Origin: Octopus bimaculoides
Taxonomy: Eukaryota
Direction of reading: 5' to 3'
DNA: 64,000 nucleotides
Assembly (NCBI RefSeq): GCF_001194135.2
Contig: NC_068990.1
Span: 4,778,015-4,842,014 of the forward strand
Shown: positions 63,937 to 64,000 of the stretch, in pieces
Layout of the letters: every line of letters starts with the position of its first letter
How positions within the stretch are numbered: position 1 is the stretch's first letter
Position numbers and translations under genes: made by a program
The notes under the pieces: model-generated
What the model saw: only the letters and a program-made list of their open reading frames with translations
Database searches by the model: none
What the model was told of the DNA's origin: nothing

Positions 63937-64000
63937 CCACCGGAAGTTCATTCCTCTGTCATCCCACCCCCTCCACCGGAAGTTCATTCCTCTGTCATCC
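63937..64000. repeat. 36-bp tandem repeat (CCACCGGAAGTTCATTCCTCTGTCATCCCACCCCCT), cut by window end
   Basis: The second unit starts at 63973 and matches the first for all 28 visible bases. Confidence 0.85.

Overview
Strongly AT-rich, repeat-dense eukaryotic genomic DNA, most likely an octopus (coleoid cephalopod). This is inferred from tRNA-derived SINE families I recall from Octopus, abundant (TA)n/(CA)n/(GA)n/(TAA)n/(GAT)n tracts, and four N gaps that all abut micro- or minisatellites, as in a short-read assembly. No intact protein-coding gene is demonstrable. The long ORFs in the track are transposon remnants or repeat/gap artefacts. Recognisable elements: a full-length but dead mariner (9452-10736, TIRs plus TA TSD); a decayed ~2.8-kb CR1-group LINE (11960-14750, minus); an internally deleted Mag-type Gypsy element with one LTR and a PBS (46755-48418, minus); at least nine R4/Dong-clade (REL-endonuclease) LINE pieces, including a co-oriented nest at ~43.4-54 kb; an L1/Tx1 zinc-knuckle fragment; a hAT MITE with 8-bp TSD; and many SINE copies. 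A few isolated plus-strand exon candidates (best: 58616-58690) suggest the window may be intronic to an unidentified large gene. Most notable oddities: a perfect 78-bp inverted duplication inside an old LINE, a degenerate type I hammerhead-like ribozyme (29651-29712), a head-to-tail SINE array with a 6x amplified 16-bp core, modular GCCTC-NNN-GAGGC hairpin units in an RTE-type repeat, and an 18-bp minisatellite. I found no clear evidence of a wholly new biological system. Repeat boundaries are approximate unless termini are stated, and family assignments come from motif recall, not database searches.
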